64,000 bases of DNA, taken from the NCBI GenBank assembly GCA_031426555.1, contig JANPLN010000002.1, positions 64,001 through 128,000 on the forward strand, read 5' to 3'. This DNA is from Bdellovibrionales bacterium. GTDB taxonomy: Bacteria > Bdellovibrionota > Bdellovibrionia > Bdellovibrionales > JAGQZY01. The position numbers and the translations under genes are program-made. Shown here piece after piece: positions 19,360 to 29,481 of the stretch. The notes beneath the pieces were generated by a model. The model saw nothing but the letters and a program-made list of their open reading frames with translations, was not told the origin of the DNA and ran no database searches. Every line of letters begins with the position of its first letter. Positions within the stretch are counted from its first letter, which is position 1.

Positions 19360-20327
19360 TTTGGCTTCTCCGAATCATGATACTCAATTTTTGCGTTCTT
19401 TACTTGCACTCTTTGGCCCTTGTTAAAAATCGTGATCTCGTCTCCGATAAGTTCATTGTCGTTTTGCGTAACAAAGGGTTTCTTGCGGAAAATATACTTG
19501 TCTTCGGTAAAATACACAATAGCCTCGCCCGACGAGCCCGACTTGTCCTGATCCTGCATGTGAATCCCACCATCCATATACATCGTATCGAGGCGATTGT
19601 CTTTGTACTGAAAAATTGCATAATTTCCGCGCACCCGCATTCGATCCACTTTAATGACCACGTTGTTTTTAAAAGCCGCGGATTTTCTTTTACCACTAAA
19701 TTCCCCGCGGTCGCTTGAAATATTCATCACTCGATTGTCGCTCATGGTCTTAAAGCCTTTGACCTTGCTTTGCATAATCATCAGATTGGTTTCCATCTCC
19801 ACAGACAAACCCACACCCTCCAGATAAAGTCGCCCAGCTTTTTCTTCGGGAGGACCTTCGAGACTCACTTTGTCGTCCGAAATAATCTTGCGAGTATCTG
19901 GGTTGTAGCGAAGTTTTTCTGTATAAAAAATGTAGCCGTTGGTTGACGTGAGCTTTACGTTTCCTTCGATCACCATGGTCTTTTTAACTTCGTCCACGGC
20001 CCCTGTTTTTCCGGTAACCGTGTAGGTGGCATTTTCCGAATAAAACTGCGCCTTCACTTCCTCCATCTTCCACTCTGGCAAACCCATGGGTTTGTGAGCT
20101 TCGATGGCCCAAAGGTCGAGCTCCTTTTTTTGTTCTTTTGTGTCGACAATGTGGAAGTTTTTAATTGTTTGCGCTTCCAATTCCTTCGGAGCGTTTTCTG
20201 CTTCATTCTGAGACGTCTTTGAATCGCTCACAAACGTCACTTCGCTAGGGTCTAACCCTATGTAATACCATTCAAATGTAACAAACACGACCAAGGCCGC
20301 GAGGAGCATCCACTTATTCACAGGCAA
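19356..20327 (-). CDS. lptC: LptC-like protein with a C-terminal LptA/OstA-like jellyroll (probable fusion)
   Basis: N-terminal TM anchor, beta-rich repeats, 323 aa, C-terminal LIGDEITIF as in LptA; directly upstream of lptB. Confidence 0.7.
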   Translation of the reverse strand: MPVNKWMLLAALVVFVTFEWYYIGLDPSEVTFVSDSKTSQNEAENAPKELEAQTIKNFHIVDTKEQKKELDLWAIEAHKPMGLPEWKMEEVKAQFYSENATYTVTGKTGAVDEVKKTMVIEGNVKLTSTNGYIFYTEKLRYNPDTRKIISDDKVSLEGPPEEKAGRLYLEGVGLSVEMETNLMIMQSKVKGFKTMSDNRVMNISSDRGEFSGKRKSAAFKNNVVIKVDRMRVRGNYAIFQYKDNRLDTMYMDGGIHMQDQDKSGSSGEAIVYFTEDKYIFRKKPFVTQNDNELIGDEITIFNKGQRVQVKNAKIEYHDSEKPK

Positions 20328-20365
20328 AGCTTATCGTAGACTGCAAAATAAGTGGAGTCGTTTTA

Positions 20366-20393
20366 TAAAGTTTTAAACGAAATAGGCCGATCT
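20366..20393 (+). promoter_or_regulatory. Sigma28 (FliA)-like promoter
   Basis: TAAAG-N15-GCCGATCT, 8 nt before ATG 20402. Confidence 0.65.
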
Positions 20394-20401
20394 GAAGCCA
20401 T

Positions 20402-21121
20402 ATGAAACTCGAATGGTTTATCTATCACAAAAATACGGTTCTTGGCCCCTTTAGCACTCAAGATGTTAACACTCAGGTGCAGGCTGGGAAATTTGCAGAA
20501 ACTTCCTTTATTTGGTGGAAGGGTGAAAAAGATTGGATTGCTATTTCGAAGTGGCAAGTTGATTACCCCGAAATCGTCAAGCGCCTCGAATCACATTTTA
20601 ACGTGGAATGGAAAATCAAGGTCAACGAACAGGTCACACCCTACATGTCGTTTGATAAGTGCTTAGACTATTTAAAACAAATCGAGCTTTCCAATGCCAT
20701 CACCATCTGCAAACGCGGCGAAGGTGACGCGTGGGACAGCATCTATAATAACTCTGTCTTTTTAAATGCACTAGAACTTACTCGCCGTAAATTTCCACGA
20801 GTACCCATCGTGGCTACTGCGAAGGTTACAAAATCTGACTCGAAATTTAGTTACTTAGTTAAAGTAAATATCATCGGCCAGGGTGGAATTGGAATTACCG
20901 GTCTAGGTAAAAACTTTCCAATTGGTACCGAGGTGGACGTTCGCATTGAAAGTCCGAGTATGACAGTGCCCATTCATGCCGAAGGTCGAATCGTTTACCA
21001 CTCACGAGATGGTATTACGGGTCTGGAGTTTGCGGCCATGAATGCGGAGGCTGAAAGCTTGATCATCGAGTATGTGAATCGCTTCGCCACTCCAGGATCG
21101 TCGGACAGCGCAGCTGCTTAA
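20402..21121 (+). CDS. GYF_2 + PilZ domain protein
   Basis: N-terminal WF...GPFS...W..G..DW (GYF_2); RRKFPRVP (RxxxR) and GLEF in the C-terminal PilZ. Confidence 0.8.
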   Translation: MKLEWFIYHKNTVLGPFSTQDVNTQVQAGKFAETSFIWWKGEKDWIAISKWQVDYPEIVKRLESHFNVEWKIKVNEQVTPYMSFDKCLDYLKQIELSNAITICKRGEGDAWDSIYNNSVFLNALELTRRKFPRVPIVATAKVTKSDSKFSYLVKVNIIGQGGIGITGLGKNFPIGTEVDVRIESPSMTVPIHAEGRIVYHSRDGITGLEFAAMNAEAESLIIEYVNRFATPGSSDSAAA

Positions 21122-21130
21122 GTCCTACCG

Positions 21131-21283
21131 ACTATTTGGGACTTAAAGCGTTATTTTTTCTCGAATTCTTTTTCTAATATCACTGAAAAGCCTCGGACAG
21201 TCCTCGCTTCGCTGCGGAACTCGTTTTTAAGTAATATTAGAAAAAGAATTCGAGAAAAAATAACGCTTTAAGACCCAAAAAGT
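21131..21283. repeat. Long hairpin element, REPIN-like (family B copy 1)
   Basis: 21142-21180 is perfectly complementary to 21234-21272; core shared with 41819-41971. Confidence 0.92.
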
Positions 21284-21331
21284 GTGTCCGTACTTTATTA
21301 GAAACGCCGAAGGCGCTTCTATGATTGGAAA

Positions 21332-21931
21332 CTACTCGACGAGTTTTGGTTTTTCTTTTTGTGAGACGGCGAAGTTGATGATTGTGGCGCCGGCTTCGGT
21401 GGCTGTGTAGAGAACTTTTTTGATTGTTAAGAAATCGATCTCTTTGTCGGCCTGAACAGTAACGCGGCCCCAGTCTTTGCGCTTTTCGCTCTCTTCTTCA
21501 GCGATCTCTTCAGGGGTCATCTTTTTACCCTGGCTGATAGTGCTCTTTAGCTGCTCTTTCAGAGTCGACTCTTGTCTTTCTTTGCTCTCTTTGATTCTTA
21601 GAGCAAGGCCCTCTTTGAGAGCTGGAATCATCCAGTCTTGCTGTTCTTTTACAGTTCTAAAATCGGCTATGGCGGTTTCGTCCACGTAAATTTTATCCTG
21701 AGTAACAACAACCACGTGCGAGGGCTTTAGCTTTTTAATTGCCGAAGCCTCTGGCAGCGGAACGTTTTGCTTGAGCTTAATGGCGTCCACTTTAAAATTC
21801 TGTAAAAGAAAAATAGTGAGAACCGTAAACATATCCACCATCGCCGTGAGCGATAGCATAACCACGGTGTTTCTCTTTCCACCCGTGATCTGATTGCGAC
21901 GATTTCTTTTACCTGGAGTATAAATAGCCAT
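21332..21931 (-). CDS. ExbD/TolR family gliding motor subunit (AglS-like)
   Basis: LTAMVDMFTVL with the conserved TM Asp; VTVQADKEIDF. Confidence 0.88.
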   Translation of the reverse strand: MAIYTPGKRNRRNQITGGKRNTVVMLSLTAMVDMFTVLTIFLLQNFKVDAIKLKQNVPLPEASAIKKLKPSHVVVVTQDKIYVDETAIADFRTVKEQQDWMIPALKEGLALRIKESKERQESTLKEQLKSTISQGKKMTPEEIAEEESEKRKDWGRVTVQADKEIDFLTIKKVLYTATEAGATIINFAVSQKEKPKLVE

Positions 21932-22401
21932 TACTTTGCTCCTCCTGTGGCCACGGAGATCGCTGGAAAGCCTGCTTGCAGCAGGGCATCCATTCCTTGA
22001 ATCAGAAAGTCATACTTCAAGTGCTCGTCCACCGTAACAACAGCATCCACTTTTTCGGGATACACTTGTTTGATTTGCATCAATTGCATAACAAGGGTTT
22101 CGATATCGTAATCGGCACCCTTTTTTGGCACGTCAATTCGCTTTGTTCCTATCACAATAATATGCCCTGCATCTTTTACATCAACACGGAGTGGAACCTC
22201 AGACTTTGGAGGAGGTTTATCGACTTCATCCGTGTTCTGTTTACTGTACAAGGAGCTTCCAAGTTTAATCATGGAAACCTGTGTCCAAACGGCAGTGATC
22301 AACAGAAACGTGATCAACACGCTCATCAAATCGATGAAGGGAACAAGGTTCACTTCAAAGTTTGAATTTCTTTTACCACCGCTCTGTTCAATTTGTGCCA
22401 T
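21931..22401 (-). CDS. ExbD/TolR family gliding motor subunit (AglQ-like)
   Basis: NLVPFIDLMSVLITFLL; LIQGMD. Confidence 0.88.
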   Translation of the reverse strand: MAQIEQSGGKRNSNFEVNLVPFIDLMSVLITFLLITAVWTQVSMIKLGSSLYSKQNTDEVDKPPPKSEVPLRVDVKDAGHIIVIGTKRIDVPKKGADYDIETLVMQLMQIKQVYPEKVDAVVTVDEHLKYDFLIQGMDALLQAGFPAISVATGGAK

Positions 22402-22419
22402 AGAACTTCCTCAAAAAAA

Positions 22420-23112
22420 TTATTTAATTTTATCGCGATTCGAAGACACTAGGTTCAAAAGGCTCATGCTACTCTCAACCATGTCGTTGATTAAATGACC
22501 AACTTTAAATTGAAAGTAACCGTAAGTAAGAATCGCAATGATCGCAACTATAAGACCGAAGGCCGTACAGTTAAGAGCTTCTGCAATACCTTTTGATAAC
22601 AGTTCTGCTTTTTTCGCGTCATCAGCTTTAGTTACCGCCGCAAACGATGCGATCATCCCTGCGATTGTTCCTGTAAGACCCAAAAGAGTTGCAAGGTTTC
22701 CGAAGACAGCAAGGAAGCTGACCCAACCTTCGATTTTTGGTGTTTCACGAAGCACAGATGCATCCATTGCCACTTGAACTTCTTCATCCGGGCGCTTGTT
22801 CAGAACCTGAACCAATCCCGCTTTGAGAGTGTTTGTGAGCGGTGATGGACGGCTGTCGCAATACGAAATTGCCTGCTGAACATCGCCTCTTAAGATCATG
22901 CCGAAGATATGTTCGTTAAAATCAGACTTGTCTACACCCGACTCTTTGAGAATCATCAATTGCTTGATAATCACAATCAGTGTGAGTATTAAAAGTCCCA
23001 AAATCACAAACATGACCGGGCCACCAACTTCGAAAGCATGCAAGATGAAATTTTGTGATTCCTCTTGCGCTGCCGCTTGCATTACGTTCTCTTCCACTTT
23101 TTCCTCCTCCAA
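22420..23112 (-). CDS. MotA/TolQ/ExbB proton channel (AglR-like)
   Basis: ATLLGLTGTIAGMIASF, GIAEALNCTAFGL. Confidence 0.92.
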   Translation of the reverse strand: MEEEKVEENVMQAAAQEESQNFILHAFEVGGPVMFVILGLLILTLIVIIKQLMILKESGVDKSDFNEHIFGMILRGDVQQAISYCDSRPSPLTNTLKAGLVQVLNKRPDEEVQVAMDASVLRETPKIEGWVSFLAVFGNLATLLGLTGTIAGMIASFAAVTKADDAKKAELLSKGIAEALNCTAFGLIVAIIAILTYGYFQFKVGHLINDMVESSMSLLNLVSSNRDKIK

Positions 23113-23136
23113 TAGAGTTTAATTTTTTAAATCCAA

Positions 23137-25221
23137 TTACTTTCCAGAAAACGCCAAGGGATAAAACACTTGGACCGTTTGGTTTTGCGGAGGCTCTGGG
23201 AACCTCCAGGTTTTCATACGATTCACAATACAATTTGAGAGACGATCGTTGTTGAGTGTTGATTTGTCACCACTCACGCTCGCTCGCAAAACTCGTCCTT
23301 GTTCACCAATATCAAAATCTAAAACCACTTTACCGCTCAACCCGCGATCTGTACTGAGGGCCGACTCATAACATGACTGCAAGGTTCTTTGGTTATTGAG
23401 GAACACTTGGCGAATTCCATTGCGATCGATATTACCGCCGTAAGACTCACCGTCGCCGCCTGGTAAAATTGTGACTGAGCCTTTGCCGCCAAGACCAACT
23501 CCACCAAAGCCACCGGAGCCCATGCCAAGACCTTTTCCGCTGGAAACGCCCTGAACACCAATGTTGGATTTTCCATTTCCGCCGCCGGTTTCTTTAAACT
23601 TGCTGCCGAGCCCTTCGCCCGCGCGATCTTCACCAAATCCACTTTGTCCTGTGGCGCTGTCGGCAAGACCTGCAAGTTCACCTTTACCGGAATATGTATT
23701 GGAAATTTTATTCTGTTTTCCGCCGCCACCGAACACGCTAAAGATTCCTGATTTACTAGGATCCTTCGTTACGCTTTCCGCTTGCGCTCCGTCTTTGGGT
23801 GCGGTTTTAACCGATCCACCTTGCTGAACAGATCCAACCTGATTGCTCTTTGGCTTGTTTGGATTTGGCTTCATCGACTGAGCCGCTTGACCATTTCCGC
23901 CACCAGCTTTTGACGCCTGTTTCACCGGTTCGCGTTTTTCTACGACCTTCGGAGCGTCAGCTACTTTTTCAGTCGGCTTATCTTTCTGTTGAACCTTTTT
24001 TGGTGGCTCTTCGATTTTCTTTTCTTCCATCTTAAGTTCTTCCATCTTAGCAGGAACAACTGTGTTCTTCGGCGGAGGTGGAGGATTTTCTATAATGAGA
24101 GCGGTACGGTATTCATCTTCGTCTTCGATCTTTTTATCGGCTTTGTTCAAAGCGACATACAAAGATACTACGACGGAAAGAATAATTGCGAGCAAGGTTG
24201 CTAAGAAGCCATTGCTTGCGAAGTCAATCATCGGGATAAAGACCGGCTTCGGAGTTTCTGAACAGTAACGAACAACGAGTTCTAAATCACCACCTAAACT
24301 GATTCGCACCAGTTCGCCTTGGGCGAGAGCTAATTTAGACCCACCGTTAGCAGCTTGCAAACGACCTTGATTGTACAACTGGCTCAGCGGAACACTGTTG
24401 TTATCGACGACAAAGGTTCCGGCCATTCCCGCAGGAATGAACACATTCACCTGACTATCAATTTGCAATAAGGGAGCTTTGCTCACCTTTGAAGTGAGCG
24501 ATGGAACAACCACTTCACAGGCAGGATGCGTGCCGTAGTGGATTGTTCCTTTATTGTGAAAGTGATACGAATTAATAACTCGCTCTTTCCACGCAACTAG
24601 CACCTCGATGGTGCTCCCTTTAGTGGGTCGAATAAATTCAGAAAGATTTTTGTAGGAGCTTTCCGGGGAAAAGGTTTTTTGTCCGCGAACTTTTTTGCGC
24701 ATCGGTGTTCCCGATCCCACCATGCTACCGCCAACGGCGGCCATTGACACAACGGCTGTTGGAGATGGAGCAGGTTTAACAATCGGAGCCGGAGTGATTG
24801 TAGGTTTTGTTGGAGCTGCAGCAACTGGTTGAATTGGAGCCGCGGCCACCGGCTGAACAGGAGCGGAAGTCACAACAGGTTGTACCGTTGCTGGCGTTGC
24901 AGCCACAGGTTGCGAAGAGGGGGCGCCGATATAGAATTCTACGATGTATTCACCGATGGCAATTTTGTCACCGTGCTCTAAGCCCGACTCTAAAATTTTG
25001 CTACCCTTAAGATAAGTACCTTGTGAAGAGCCCAGGTCGGAGATGATGTACTTATCTCCGCGTTTCTCGATGGAAGCATGGAAGGGAGATACCGCGCCTT
25101 GCAGAACAATTTGCGTGTCGGTGGTTGAAGATCCAAGCACAATCGATTGTTCCGATGTAAATTGCTTTACATCAACAACTCCACCATTGCGAAAAACTTT
25201 CAGTACGATCGGCTTACTCAC
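23137..25221 (-). CDS. gltG: GltG/PglI-like protein: FHA + TM + Gly-rich linker + TonB-like C-terminus
   Basis: VSPFHA...DLGSSQGT (FHA); single TM; CYE.AL...GKV...CI....WRFP.P. Confidence 0.85.
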   Translation of the reverse strand: MSKPIVLKVFRNGGVVDVKQFTSEQSIVLGSSTTDTQIVLQGAVSPFHASIEKRGDKYIISDLGSSQGTYLKGSKILESGLEHGDKIAIGEYIVEFYIGAPSSQPVAATPATVQPVVTSAPVQPVAAAPIQPVAAAPTKPTITPAPIVKPAPSPTAVVSMAAVGGSMVGSGTPMRKKVRGQKTFSPESSYKNLSEFIRPTKGSTIEVLVAWKERVINSYHFHNKGTIHYGTHPACEVVVPSLTSKVSKAPLLQIDSQVNVFIPAGMAGTFVVDNNSVPLSQLYNQGRLQAANGGSKLALAQGELVRISLGGDLELVVRYCSETPKPVFIPMIDFASNGFLATLLAIILSVVVSLYVALNKADKKIEDEDEYRTALIIENPPPPPKNTVVPAKMEELKMEEKKIEEPPKKVQQKDKPTEKVADAPKVVEKREPVKQASKAGGGNGQAAQSMKPNPNKPKSNQVGSVQQGGSVKTAPKDGAQAESVTKDPSKSGIFSVFGGGGKQNKISNTYSGKGELAGLADSATGQSGFGEDRAGEGLGSKFKETGGGNGKSNIGVQGVSSGKGLGMGSGGFGGVGLGGKGSVTILPGGDGESYGGNIDRNGIRQVFLNNQRTLQSCYESALSTDRGLSGKVVLDFDIGEQGRVLRASVSGDKSTLNNDRLSNCIVNRMKTWRFPEPPQNQTVQVFYPLAFSGK

Positions 25222-25505
25222 GGCTTTTTCTCCTTCATTCTTCTCACTGGAGTCATCTCATCAGCTGATTGTCTGAGTTCTGGCAAAAAATTCTCTCGGA
25301 GACGAATCAATTTTTTATAATTAAATTTTTTCTTTTGTAAAAGATAAAGGAGATCGGGCTTCTGAGCCTGTCCCTCGATCAACTGATCTTCAAAGTTGAC
25401 TGTTGTCTTTTTGGATTTGGGCGCAGGGGCCTGAGACCAAGAGTTAAATGGCAAGGCCAACATAAATAAAAACATGACTATTTGTAAATACTTGTTGCTC
25501 ATCAT
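25218..25505 (-). CDS. gltF: GltF-like small secreted gliding protein
   Basis: TTVNFEDQLIEG..KP, LIRLRENFLPEL; position between gltE-like and gltG-like genes. Confidence 0.7.
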   Translation of the reverse strand: MMSNKYLQIVMFLFMLALPFNSWSQAPAPKSKKTTVNFEDQLIEGQAQKPDLLYLLQKKKFNYKKLIRLRENFLPELRQSADEMTPVRRMKEKKP

Positions 25506-26338
25506 TTTCGTGCTGCCTGTAATTTGGTGTTAAGCTCAGTGATTTTCGAGCGAACATACGGTTCGTTACTCTCCAAAAACTCCAGCTTGTTTAATAGTCT
25601 CTCACCTTCATCATATTTTTTCATATATTCGATAAGGAGAATAGCATAATTTAATACAGTCGGAACATTCCTTGGATCCTTATCGAGAACTTTTTTGTAT
25701 AATTTTGCCGATTCATCAAACTGCCCTTGAGATCGCTTCAGAATTGCCAGATTATTTGTTACACTCAAGCTTTCGGGCATAAAACTGTAAGCGCCCTCAA
25801 CCAGGGGTCCCGCTTTACCATAGTCTAGGTATTTAATATAAATGCTGCTCAAGTTATTCAGCACATTGGAGTTTCTAGCATCGATGCCATAAGCCGTTTT
25901 AAAATTAAGATACGCGGACTCCAAACTATCTTCACGCAAATCAATCACGCCTAAATTATTATAGAGACCGGCAACATTTTTGTTTTTCTCTAAGGCTCTC
26001 TCGATGAGTAATCGAGCTGCTCCCCACTCACCTTTTTGAATATGATGTAGAGCCAAAGCATTTAAAGCTTGCGGGTCGTTGGGATTTTGCGACAAAATCT
26101 GACCAGCGACCGCAAAAAGTTCTTTTTGATTCTTCGCTTGAAAGGCTTTTGAAAGTTCGGTCAGAGCTTTTGGAGACGTCTTTATCTCCATAGATGCATC
26201 CGCTGGTTTCGCGGCCGCCTTTTTATCACCCTCTTGACCCAGCTCTACTGTGCCTGACTCCGACTCAGAACCATCTGGTGTCGACGAACAGTTGTTGAGG
26301 GTCACTAACAATGTGATCAAAAATATTTTTTTCATCAT
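25502..26338 (-). CDS. gltE: TPR lipoprotein, GltE/AglT-like
   Basis: Lipobox LNNC; repeated ALNAL/YNNLG/NNLA TPR motifs. Confidence 0.75.
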   Translation of the reverse strand: MMKKIFLITLLVTLNNCSSTPDGSESESGTVELGQEGDKKAAAKPADASMEIKTSPKALTELSKAFQAKNQKELFAVAGQILSQNPNDPQALNALALHHIQKGEWGAARLLIERALEKNKNVAGLYNNLGVIDLREDSLESAYLNFKTAYGIDARNSNVLNNLSSIYIKYLDYGKAGPLVEGAYSFMPESLSVTNNLAILKRSQGQFDESAKLYKKVLDKDPRNVPTVLNYAILLIEYMKKYDEGERLLNKLEFLESNEPYVRSKITELNTKLQAARK

Positions 26339-29300
26339 AAGTTCACCTTATCCAAAAGATTTCCGACGTTGGTGATTTCTCCTGCGCTCTTAGATTCCTC
26401 AGGAGCCAAACGGTGGAACGCTCTCGCAGATTGCAACAGTGGCTCTCCATAAGCTTCTAAACTTAAGCCTTTTTCGAATGCTGTTTTGTAAGCTGCCTTG
26501 GCCTTCTGTAAAAACTCAGCCGCCTGTTGTGTTGCTAAATCTTTAAATTGTTTTGCTTGATCCCCTTTGGCGTATTCGCGTGGAACCGGGCTTGTTCCAA
26601 ACGCTCGACTGATGATTTCGTGGGACTCTGCCTCTGCAGCGAGTGCGCCCACAATTGCCGGACCATAATCGTACTTGATGACTTCAGCCAAATTGTTTTG
26701 CAATGTCTTTTGTAAGTTTTTAAGCCGCTGTAAACCATCGACAATCGTTTTTTCCGAAGCGCCAAGACGCACATCTCGCATCTCCTGAATATACTTCCGA
26801 GCTAACCATAACTTTGCCAGCGAAGCCTGTTTGGCTCCCACTTTACCACCGCGCTCTTTGTTAAACGCGATGACTCGGTCAAACCATTGCTTGGCTTGGG
26901 TGTTTTGGCCTTTTTTCGCATAAGTATCACCGATATAAAACATAGCTTTTAAACTTTTTACGGGTTCTCTCCAGCCACCTTTTAAGAACTGATCGTAGTT
27001 GTAAATCGCTTTTCCGGTGTCTTTCTGCAAAGCATAGAGTGAGGCTTTGTCGTAAAAGCGCTCAATCTTTTCTTTTTCGGTGGAAGTTTTATCCAAAATA
27101 TTATAGTTCGCGGTGGCCTGATTTGTGCGACCTAAAGCCGCCCACAAGATTGCCGCATTGATGGTTGCGTTCTTGGATTTAATTCCCGTCGCGCCTTTGG
27201 CATACTGATCGTAATAAGTGGCCGCTTTTTCTAAGTGCCCCATCTTTTTGCTCATCTCAGCAAGACTGATTCTCACATCCTGCTTAAGACCGTCGTTCTC
27301 TTTACTTTTTGTTGGATTGGCCAGCACGCGCTCGTACATGCGCAAAGCATCGTTAAAATTTCCAGCCTTTTCAAAGTTGACACCCGAGTTAAACACCGCC
27401 GAAAAGGCCTGTGCAGAGCTGGCGTGCTCCACCGAGAAGTCTTCAAAGGCTTTCGCTGCTTCAGCGTGTTTGCCCGCTTTGGATAAGCCATCGGCACGGA
27501 GAAAACTCACCTTGTTCAGATTGATTTTAATTTCCTTACCCGTTTCGGATTTTGCAATCGTCGGGTTCTTCAAGAGCTCAGTGGCTTCTTTTTGGTAAGC
27601 CTCGATATCTTTACGGTTGTTGTGGATATCTAGGATGTATTCAGCAGCTAGAGGAGCATCTTTCGAACTTGGATTGTCCTTGATGATACCACGAAAGATT
27701 CCCAAAGCCGGTTCGTAATCGTTGTGTGCATAGTAAATCGAACCCAAACGTTTACGAATTTCGGCGGCTTTGTCGCCTTTTGGAAAATTTTGCAGATATA
27801 ATAAAGACGCTTTTTCGAATTTTTTTACAGCAGGATCGTAGGCAATCTTGGTGGTTTTGTCTTTAACTGTCGCTTTTTGCTGTTCCATTTTCGCGTCTGA
27901 AGGCAGCAACTTTTCCATGGATAGGACATTGTTGATAACAGCTTTTTCGAAGTACGGACTCTTTTTATCATTTTCAGCAATCCATAAGTACTGTTGGGCT
28001 GCTTTGTCGTAATCACGCATATCAAAGTAAAGCTCTGCTAAGAAAAAGCGCATTTCCGAATGTTTAGCGGAGTCTTTAAAGTAATAGAGATACATTTTGT
28101 AGGATTCGGCAGCCGTCTGCCGCGTGTAATCCGTCTTTACATTGACAGCCGTTTGGTGAAGGCGAAGGGTGTGGTTGCGCAGCGTAGTTTCTTGAAGATT
28201 GTAGGTTTCCTTGATGACATCAGGCTTTGCGGCATTGGCTTGGGCCCAATCGCTGTCTTTTGCATATTTCTCAACCCATACGCTCAACTCACCCTTAAAC
28301 AGCTTCAGGTTGTTCACGTTGAGGTAATCTTGAACAATTTGGTATTGATATTTAGACGCTTTTTCAGCCCGTGGATTATTGGCGATCAATTTTTTGAATA
28401 AATAGGCCGAAGCAGTGACGTTTCCTGAGTAGCTGTAACGATAGGCCAAAGCGTCTAACAGCTCGAGAGTCTTCTTTTCGCTGTCTGTCGCTTTAAAGAA
28501 GTCTCTCTGCGCTTCTTGGTATTTTCCGGTTTGTGCGTAAAACGCGACGTAATCTTTAATTGCTTCTTCGCGCAAACGAAGGGCATTCACTTCTTTTATG
28601 CCCTCTTCCGCTTCTCCACGACTGTCTTCCTGGCGAATGACACGCTCAAGCGTATCTACCGCTAATTCGTATTTGCCCATTCGGAAGTGACACCACGCTG
28701 TTTTATACTGCGAAAACCCACGGAGACGTGCTGTCTTTTTATTAACGAGTCTTCCGTAGTGTTCGAGAGCTTCGCTCCACTTTTCTTTTTCGAAATAAAA
28801 TTCACCGAGAGCAAAGTGCGATTCGTCGACGTAGGCACTTCCAGGATAACGCTCTGTCAGCTCCTTGTAGTAGGATTCACCTTTTTTTAGGTTTTCGACT
28901 TCGAAATTGCTATAACCTAAAAAATAGAGAGCCTGAGGAATTTTTTTATCTTTCGGAAAATCACGAGCAAACCATTCGTAGGCCTGAATAGCGCGCAGGT
29001 AATAACCTTTTCCGGGGTTTTTTGGCATCACCGGCTTATTGGAGATTTTTTTCTCTTCCCAAAGTTTGATCTTTTTATCGTAATCATCCTGAGCTTTAAA
29101 CTCGATGATTTTACCTTTTTCCACATATCTTTCAGCAAGACGCAGCCAAATCTCTCCGCGGCTTTTGCTGGTTTTGTATTTTTTCGATAAACTGTATAAA
29201 CGATCGATTTCCTGATCGATCAACTTATTGTATTCGGCTTTCAGCGCGTTCTCATCAGTAAAAAAGCGACTTGAGCGCGGCGGTTTAATCACAGTGACAT

Positions 29301-29481
29301 CTCTTGGGACCACTTTCTCATTGGCCAGGGCTTTCGATTGCGGCAACTGCTCACTCATTTTTTTAAGCGTCATTTCGGCTAATTTTTTGCGCTCAGAACG
29401 GGTCTTTTCGACCTGTGCATTTGCAGTCGACATCGCAAACAAAAATGTAAACACAAGTTGTGCTTTAAAAAATTTATTCAC
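26335..29481 (-). CDS. gltD: Large TPR protein, GltD/AgmU-like
   Basis: About 1050 aa of TPR repeats (LRLAERY, YKTAWC, LREEAIKD); GTG start at 29481 gives a signal peptide. Confidence 0.8.
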   Translation of the reverse strand: MNKFFKAQLVFTFLFAMSTANAQVEKTRSERKKLAEMTLKKMSEQLPQSKALANEKVVPRDVTVIKPPRSSRFFTDENALKAEYNKLIDQEIDRLYSLSKKYKTSKSRGEIWLRLAERYVEKGKIIEFKAQDDYDKKIKLWEEKKISNKPVMPKNPGKGYYLRAIQAYEWFARDFPKDKKIPQALYFLGYSNFEVENLKKGESYYKELTERYPGSAYVDESHFALGEFYFEKEKWSEALEHYGRLVNKKTARLRGFSQYKTAWCHFRMGKYELAVDTLERVIRQEDSRGEAEEGIKEVNALRLREEAIKDYVAFYAQTGKYQEAQRDFFKATDSEKKTLELLDALAYRYSYSGNVTASAYLFKKLIANNPRAEKASKYQYQIVQDYLNVNNLKLFKGELSVWVEKYAKDSDWAQANAAKPDVIKETYNLQETTLRNHTLRLHQTAVNVKTDYTRQTAAESYKMYLYYFKDSAKHSEMRFFLAELYFDMRDYDKAAQQYLWIAENDKKSPYFEKAVINNVLSMEKLLPSDAKMEQQKATVKDKTTKIAYDPAVKKFEKASLLYLQNFPKGDKAAEIRKRLGSIYYAHNDYEPALGIFRGIIKDNPSSKDAPLAAEYILDIHNNRKDIEAYQKEATELLKNPTIAKSETGKEIKINLNKVSFLRADGLSKAGKHAEAAKAFEDFSVEHASSAQAFSAVFNSGVNFEKAGNFNDALRMYERVLANPTKSKENDGLKQDVRISLAEMSKKMGHLEKAATYYDQYAKGATGIKSKNATINAAILWAALGRTNQATANYNILDKTSTEKEKIERFYDKASLYALQKDTGKAIYNYDQFLKGGWREPVKSLKAMFYIGDTYAKKGQNTQAKQWFDRVIAFNKERGGKVGAKQASLAKLWLARKYIQEMRDVRLGASEKTIVDGLQRLKNLQKTLQNNLAEVIKYDYGPAIVGALAAEAESHEIISRAFGTSPVPREYAKGDQAKQFKDLATQQAAEFLQKAKAAYKTAFEKGLSLEAYGEPLLQSARAFHRLAPEESKSAGEITNVGNLLDKVNL

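Noticed and set aside
24730..24920. Pro/Ala/Val repeats (QPVAA) in GltG
   Set aside because: Ordinary low-complexity linker, not a DNA repeat element.
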